This document shows positions 35,874-40,001 of a stretch of 40,001 nt of DNA, piece after piece. Origin of the DNA: Escherichia coli (GTDB lineage Bacteria; Pseudomonadota; Gammaproteobacteria; Enterobacterales; Enterobacteriaceae); assembly GCA_011601165.1 (NCBI GenBank), contig GCA_011601165.1_4547.1; one strand, given 5' to 3'. Each line of letters starts with the position of its first letter. The first letter of the stretch is position 1. The notes under the pieces are model-generated. The model was given only the letters and a program-made list of their open reading frames with translations. It was not told where the DNA came from and made no database searches. The position numbers and the translations under genes are program-made.

Positions 35874-38156
35874 TTACTCCTTACCAATTAGTACGTTTGC
35901 GATACCCTCCAGTGAGACGTCATTGTACATCCCACCGCGCTTCTCGATGTTGGCCTCTCGGTCAGCTCGACGTTTGTCACCAGCAGCTTTAGTCCCGACG
36001 ATACGCGCTCGCTTGTTAGCGTCACGTTCTGCCTGAGCATATGCGGCATCCTGTGCCTTCTGCTGTTGTTCACGGTACAGTTTACCAACCAGTTCTTTAT
36101 CGTATCGAATGCGTAGGGTTCCGTTAGCGCTCTGCAGGAAGACCGAGCCGTTCTGCTCAACTACAGAGAGCTGAGAGTTCACTACCCAAGGATTAGTCTT
36201 GATGAGCTGCTTGCGAGCTATGTCGATAATGTCTCGACCCACCTGCCAAGACTCAGGGTTATCCCCGACCATAAGTTGATGTTTGGACACCATGCCTATG
36301 GACTTACCATCCTGACCCTCATCGGTGAAAGTCACGGTGTTTTCATTCAACCACTTCTGGGTATTCTGAGTTGCAGCGTCAGCGTTACCTGTCCTGTAGT
36401 ACCATGAGTCCCATACTTTTCGTGCAGTCATCTTCAATTCAGTCGGTATCCGTGAGAGTTGAGTCTCCTTTGAGTCATTCGTCAGCTCTCTCCACTCCTT
36501 GTCTGCCTCACTTCGCATCTCACGCGATAAACTTGCAGCTTGCTTATCAGCTTCAATCAGCGTCTGAGTGTCCAGACCTATCTTGTCCATCTGATCGAAA
36601 GTCGTGAACAATTGGGCCTGCTCAGGGTAGAGGGCCGCGAAGCTGGAAGGGTCCTGAGTGTAGACACGACGAAGAGACTCGAAGCGTTTCATCTTGTCTG
36701 GGTCGTACTGTCCACGGATGACCGCAGCTTGCCACTCACCAGCAGCATCCTGAGTCAGCGTCTGGAAGGCATTACGGAAAGGACCATTGTTAGTATCAGC
36801 CCTCAACAATGCCACCTTCTGAGCGTCCTTAGCAGCCTCAGGGATGTCCATCTGGTCAATCTGCTGTAGCTTGGCAGACGCATAGTTGTTCATGTCTGAA
36901 CGCTTGAACTCTCCTGTAGCTTCAGAGACCGGAAGGTCCTCATAGTTGGTGGACACATTGTCCCCAGCCAGACGTCGCTGATACACTTGGTCAATGACCA
37001 GTTGCTTGTTCTGGGTCTGGATTAACTTCGTGTTCTCCTTCGCCTGTTCAGCAGACTTACGCTTGACCGCTTCCAGTAGTGTGGCTTCTGCGTTAATGAG
37101 CATCTGGCGCTGAGGAGTGAGTTCTTCACCGGGTTGAAGCTGGTTGTTCTGCTCCTTGAGTTTCTGAATCTGGGCAAGACCAATGGTTGGGTCATCCTGA
37201 AGAATTGCAGACTGAACGCCTAACGCCAAGTCTTCCTGATACTTAGCCACCAGTTTATACTCAGTACCTTGGGCCTCAACCATAGCAGCATTGAAGATGT
37301 CAGGTCCTACAATCTCTTCGATGGTAGCGTCAACACCATTAAGGGTGATACGCTCGCCACGGACTTGCTGTAGGAAGTTTGAGCCTCCTGACTTCTGGAT
37401 TGCGTCACGGACCGTCTGGGTGATGACCTCTCGTGCTCTCTGGTCCGAAGGTATAGCAGCAGTCGTCAATCCATCCCTAAGGTAGGCCATGAAGGTCTTT
37501 CCAGACTCAGGCGAACGCATCAGGTCCCCATCGTTAAGGAACGAGTTCATCTCAATACGAGTGTTCAACATTGCTGTCTCTTCAGACTGCTTGCTGAAAT
37601 ACTTATTGAAAGACCCATAGATGGCGATGTTTCGGTCTGTGATGTTATCGTTGAACCCGCGCTGGAAGAACTCATCTGTAGGGTTAATACCTGCCTCTTC
37701 AGCATAGGACTTAGCGGCGTCCTGAAGTCGCTGGTGGCGATACTCTTCCATCTCCTGACGTGTACGGAACTCACCGTTCTGAATCTTAACGTTAATCTCG
37801 TCATCCACAGCAAAGGCAGCGTTACGACCTGTCTTGACTCGAAGTGCTTCCATAGCGTAAGGGTCATCCTGATATAGCAGTGTGCCGTTCTGAATAGCCT
37901 CACGTCTTTGCTGAGGTGTCAGCTTACGGATAATCTCGTTAGACCGCTCGTCGGCCCGTGTCTTCTCCTCGTCTTTGAACTGCTTGTATAATCCAGTACC
38001 AGACTCAACGAAGTTGGTTAACGCCCTAGCCAGACCTGAGTCACCAGTTGGAGCCTGAACGCTGGCTGCTTGATAGTTGACGGCGATAGTTTTACCCGGC
38101 GCTCTGCCACGACCCATAGTCCGATTAGCCAGAGCTGATTCAATATTACTAGCCAT
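35874..38156 (-). CDS. 15: internal virion protein C (gp15)
   Basis: 760 aa ORF at the T7 gp15 position, similar length. Confidence 0.85.
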   Translation of the reverse strand: MASNIESALANRTMGRGRAPGKTIAVNYQAASVQAPTGDSGLARALTNFVESGTGLYKQFKDEEKTRADERSNEIIRKLTPQQRREAIQNGTLLYQDDPYAMEALRVKTGRNAAFAVDDEINVKIQNGEFRTRQEMEEYRHQRLQDAAKSYAEEAGINPTDEFFQRGFNDNITDRNIAIYGSFNKYFSKQSEETAMLNTRIEMNSFLNDGDLMRSPESGKTFMAYLRDGLTTAAIPSDQRAREVITQTVRDAIQKSGGSNFLQQVRGERITLNGVDATIEEIVGPDIFNAAMVEAQGTEYKLVAKYQEDLALGVQSAILQDDPTIGLAQIQKLKEQNNQLQPGEELTPQRQMLINAEATLLEAVKRKSAEQAKENTKLIQTQNKQLVIDQVYQRRLAGDNVSTNYEDLPVSEATGEFKRSDMNNYASAKLQQIDQMDIPEAAKDAQKVALLRADTNNGPFRNAFQTLTQDAAGEWQAAVIRGQYDPDKMKRFESLRRVYTQDPSSFAALYPEQAQLFTTFDQMDKIGLDTQTLIEADKQAASLSREMRSEADKEWRELTNDSKETQLSRIPTELKMTARKVWDSWYYRTGNADAATQNTQKWLNENTVTFTDEGQDGKSIGMVSKHQLMVGDNPESWQVGRDIIDIARKQLIKTNPWVVNSQLSVVEQNGSVFLQSANGTLRIRYDKELVGKLYREQQQKAQDAAYAQAERDANKRARIVGTKAAGDKRRADREANIEKRGGMYNDVSLEGIANVLIGKE

Positions 38157-38167
38157 TAGTCCTCCTC

Positions 38168-38755
38168 TTAGCTATGACCTGTAGGTGTGCCTTTGGCAGC
38201 ACTAATTGGTGCAGCACCGCCAGAGCTGGACGCTCCAGAGATAGATTTACCAGCAGCGTACCCTTGCATCCCGGCGTTAGCAACATTAAGTGCATGAGCT
38301 AGTGGGCTGGTCTTGATGATTTTACCTTGACCACGGATAGCAGACTTGGTGTTCTCAATGTTGGCGATACGGTTCCCGAAGATAGCCGCATAGTCACGGT
38401 TGTAGCTTTCGGTAATCCCGGCCCTCTCCTTGACTGTGTCTCCCGCGACCTGACGTTCAATCCTGTCCATAGAGTTACCTTCCAGACCTGACTCAGCTAC
38501 CGCAGCTCGGACCATGCCCTGATTGCGGATACCGTTCAACGTGGTCTCTGTCAGTTCAGCCATCTGCTGTTCCTTCAGGTCTCGCTCCTGCATCTTCAGG
38601 TTGGCGTCAGAGTAGTTCATCTGCTTAACCATCTCCTGAGCCTGACGGTTCTGAGCGTCGATAGCAGCACCCTCAGCTTTGGCCTGACTAGAAGCTGACA
38701 TAGTGGCACCAGCTACAGCCATAATACCCATGCCGATACTTACTGGCTCGCACAT
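38168..38755 (-). CDS. 14: internal virion protein B (gp14)
   Basis: 195 aa, starts MC…, resembles T7 gp14 as recalled. Confidence 0.85.
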   Translation of the reverse strand: MCEPVSIGMGIMAVAGATMSASSQAKAEGAAIDAQNRQAQEMVKQMNYSDANLKMQERDLKEQQMAELTETTLNGIRNQGMVRAAVAESGLEGNSMDRIERQVAGDTVKERAGITESYNRDYAAIFGNRIANIENTKSAIRGQGKIIKTSPLAHALNVANAGMQGYAAGKSISGASSSGGAAPISAAKGTPTGHS

Positions 38756-39210
38756 ACGTCCTCCTTAGAGATAGTGAATAGTTGAAAACGCTCACCAGTT
38801 ACCGGGCTTACAGTCCACTCATCATGGAACTTAGCGCCAAGCAACTTCAAGAATTTAATGTGAGACTTATTGCCTGACCACACGTAGTTCCAGATGGTCC
38901 CGTATTGGTCTAACATTAAGTCCCTGTACTCAGAGATACACTTTATGAACTCTCTCTTCTCTTTAGGTCTCAGCTTGTAGACCAGACCTGAAGTCAAGAA
39001 CCATACGTTATCCCCTTGGTTTCCACCATAGGCAAACACTTCACCTACACCGTTCGTTAAAACCACAGATGATGGGGATAGGTGCTTAAGCAGTCTCTCA
39101 GAGAGACCCACGGTTGACCCGTAGTTTGCTTTGCACTCATTAACATCATCTGCTGAAAGATGCCGCATAAAGTAGTGGACATCTGGTTCCGTAGCCTTGC
39201 GAATATACAT
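38740..39210 (-). CDS. 13: internal virion protein A (gp13)
   Basis: 156 aa ORF directly downstream of a phage promoter, at the T7 gene 13 position. Confidence 0.75.
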   Translation of the reverse strand: MYIRKATEPDVHYFMRHLSADDVNECKANYGSTVGLSERLLKHLSPSSVVLTNGVGEVFAYGGNQGDNVWFLTSGLVYKLRPKEKREFIKCISEYRDLMLDQYGTIWNYVWSGNKSHIKFLKLLGAKFHDEWTVSPVTGERFQLFTISKEDVCASQ

Positions 39211-39239
39211 AAAGTCTCCTTATAACCTTAAGGGCCTAT

Positions 39240-39262
39240 AGTCCCTATAGTGATAGTTAAGG
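39240..39262 (-). promoter_or_regulatory. phage RNAP promoter (phi13 equivalent)
   Basis: CCTTAACTATCACTATAGGGACT. Confidence 0.8.
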
Positions 39263-39286
39263 TAAATCTATAGGCCCTTCAATAAG

Positions 39287-40001
39287 TTAGACGGAACGAG
39301 CTTTCTTAGCGTATGACGCCTCCCAGCCACAGCCAACGATGGACACTGGGGTAGGATAATCTGACTCTAAGGTTAGACTCGTGGTTAATGCGTTACCATT
39401 CATAGCGAAGCGATACTGACCATCCCCAATGTTGGTAGTCCCGATGGTTTGCTGACCAAGGGTGTACCCATTAAAGGTGTTCACGAACTCCCGCTCACCG
39501 TTTCTGACAATGAGCCTAAGAGCGCCAGTGTCCTTGTAGTTGACCCACGCCCGACGAAGCTGTAGGCGTCCAGTGTCTTCAGACTGAGTGCCGCTATCGT
39601 CTTCAATCTTAATCAGGAACCGTGAGAACTTGTAGGACATCTGATAAGACCGTCCGATGAACACTGTACGTCCTGACCAATCGCCATTGAGTATAGCCAC
39701 AGTTGAGATGTTGGTCAGTTCACCAAGGTCCACATAGGCACCCTGACTGTCAATCAGATAGTACCGACCGGGAGACGGAGCGTTTCCACCATAAGCAGAA
39801 CCAATATCGACCGTAGTCTTATAGGTGTCAGCGTTGTATGAGCCAATTGGTATTACCATAGACACCTTGGAGTCAACGTGGAGTCTATACGGCTCTAATG
39901 GAAAGTCAGTTGCCTCCTTGATGAACTTAAGGTGCTCAAGGTCCACGCCGCCTTGGTGCTGACGAACAATGAACATGGTAGAGCCAATCGACGCAGACGC
40001 C
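39287..40001 (-). CDS. 12: tail tubular protein B (gp12), C-terminal part; 5' end beyond window end
   Basis: frame open from window end to TAA at 39287-39289; lengths of the two gp12 pieces sum to about 786 codons against about 794 in T7. Confidence 0.85.
   Translation of the reverse strand, partial: ASASIGSTMFIVRQHQGGVDLEHLKFIKEATDFPLEPYRLHVDSKVSMVIPIGSYNADTYKTTVDIGSAYGGNAPSPGRYYLIDSQGAYVDLGELTNISTVAILNGDWSGRTVFIGRSYQMSYKFSRFLIKIEDDSGTQSEDTGRLQLRRAWVNYKDTGALRLIVRNGEREFVNTFNGYTLGQQTIGTTNIGDGQYRFAMNGNALTTSLTLESDYPTPVSIVGCGWEASYAKKARSV

Noticed and set aside
35870-35887. Track start at 35887 (TTG) for gp16
   Set aside because: The ATG at 35869 is preceded by AAGGAG at ideal spacing; the upstream extension overlaps the gp15 end.

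Overview
The window is essentially one complete, circularly permuted genome of a T7-like podovirus (Autographiviridae, T7 group), with every gene on the minus strand. Both window ends fall inside gene 12 (tail tubular protein B), so the window wraps the genome once. Gene order is colinear with T7: Ocr-like 0.3, RNA polymerase, ligase, gp2, SSB, endonuclease I, amidase, primase/helicase, DNA polymerase, exonuclease, portal, scaffold, capsid 10A/10B, gp11, gp12, gp13-16, tail fiber, holin, small terminase, Rz/Rz1, large terminase, gp19.5. I found 11 copies of a phage promoter (consensus CTAAACTATCACTATAGGGA, differing from T7 at -9 to -12), Tphi-like and TE-like terminators, a family of conserved hairpins (probable RNase III sites), three host sigma70-type early promoters and a left-end repeat array. 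The most interesting material is accessory: an Ocr with a C-terminal extension; an early module with no recognisable 0.7 kinase; an acidic 149-aa orphan in the gene 5.9 slot; a 263-aa orphan between the spanins and the large terminase; an ASCH-like gene between genes 11 and 12; two HNH endonucleases; and a tail fiber carrying a GDSL/SGNH esterase domain. All homology calls come from reading the translations and recalling T7 proteins; no database search was possible. The ORF track uses GTG/TTG as well as ATG starts, so several starts were re-set by SD/ATG inspection.
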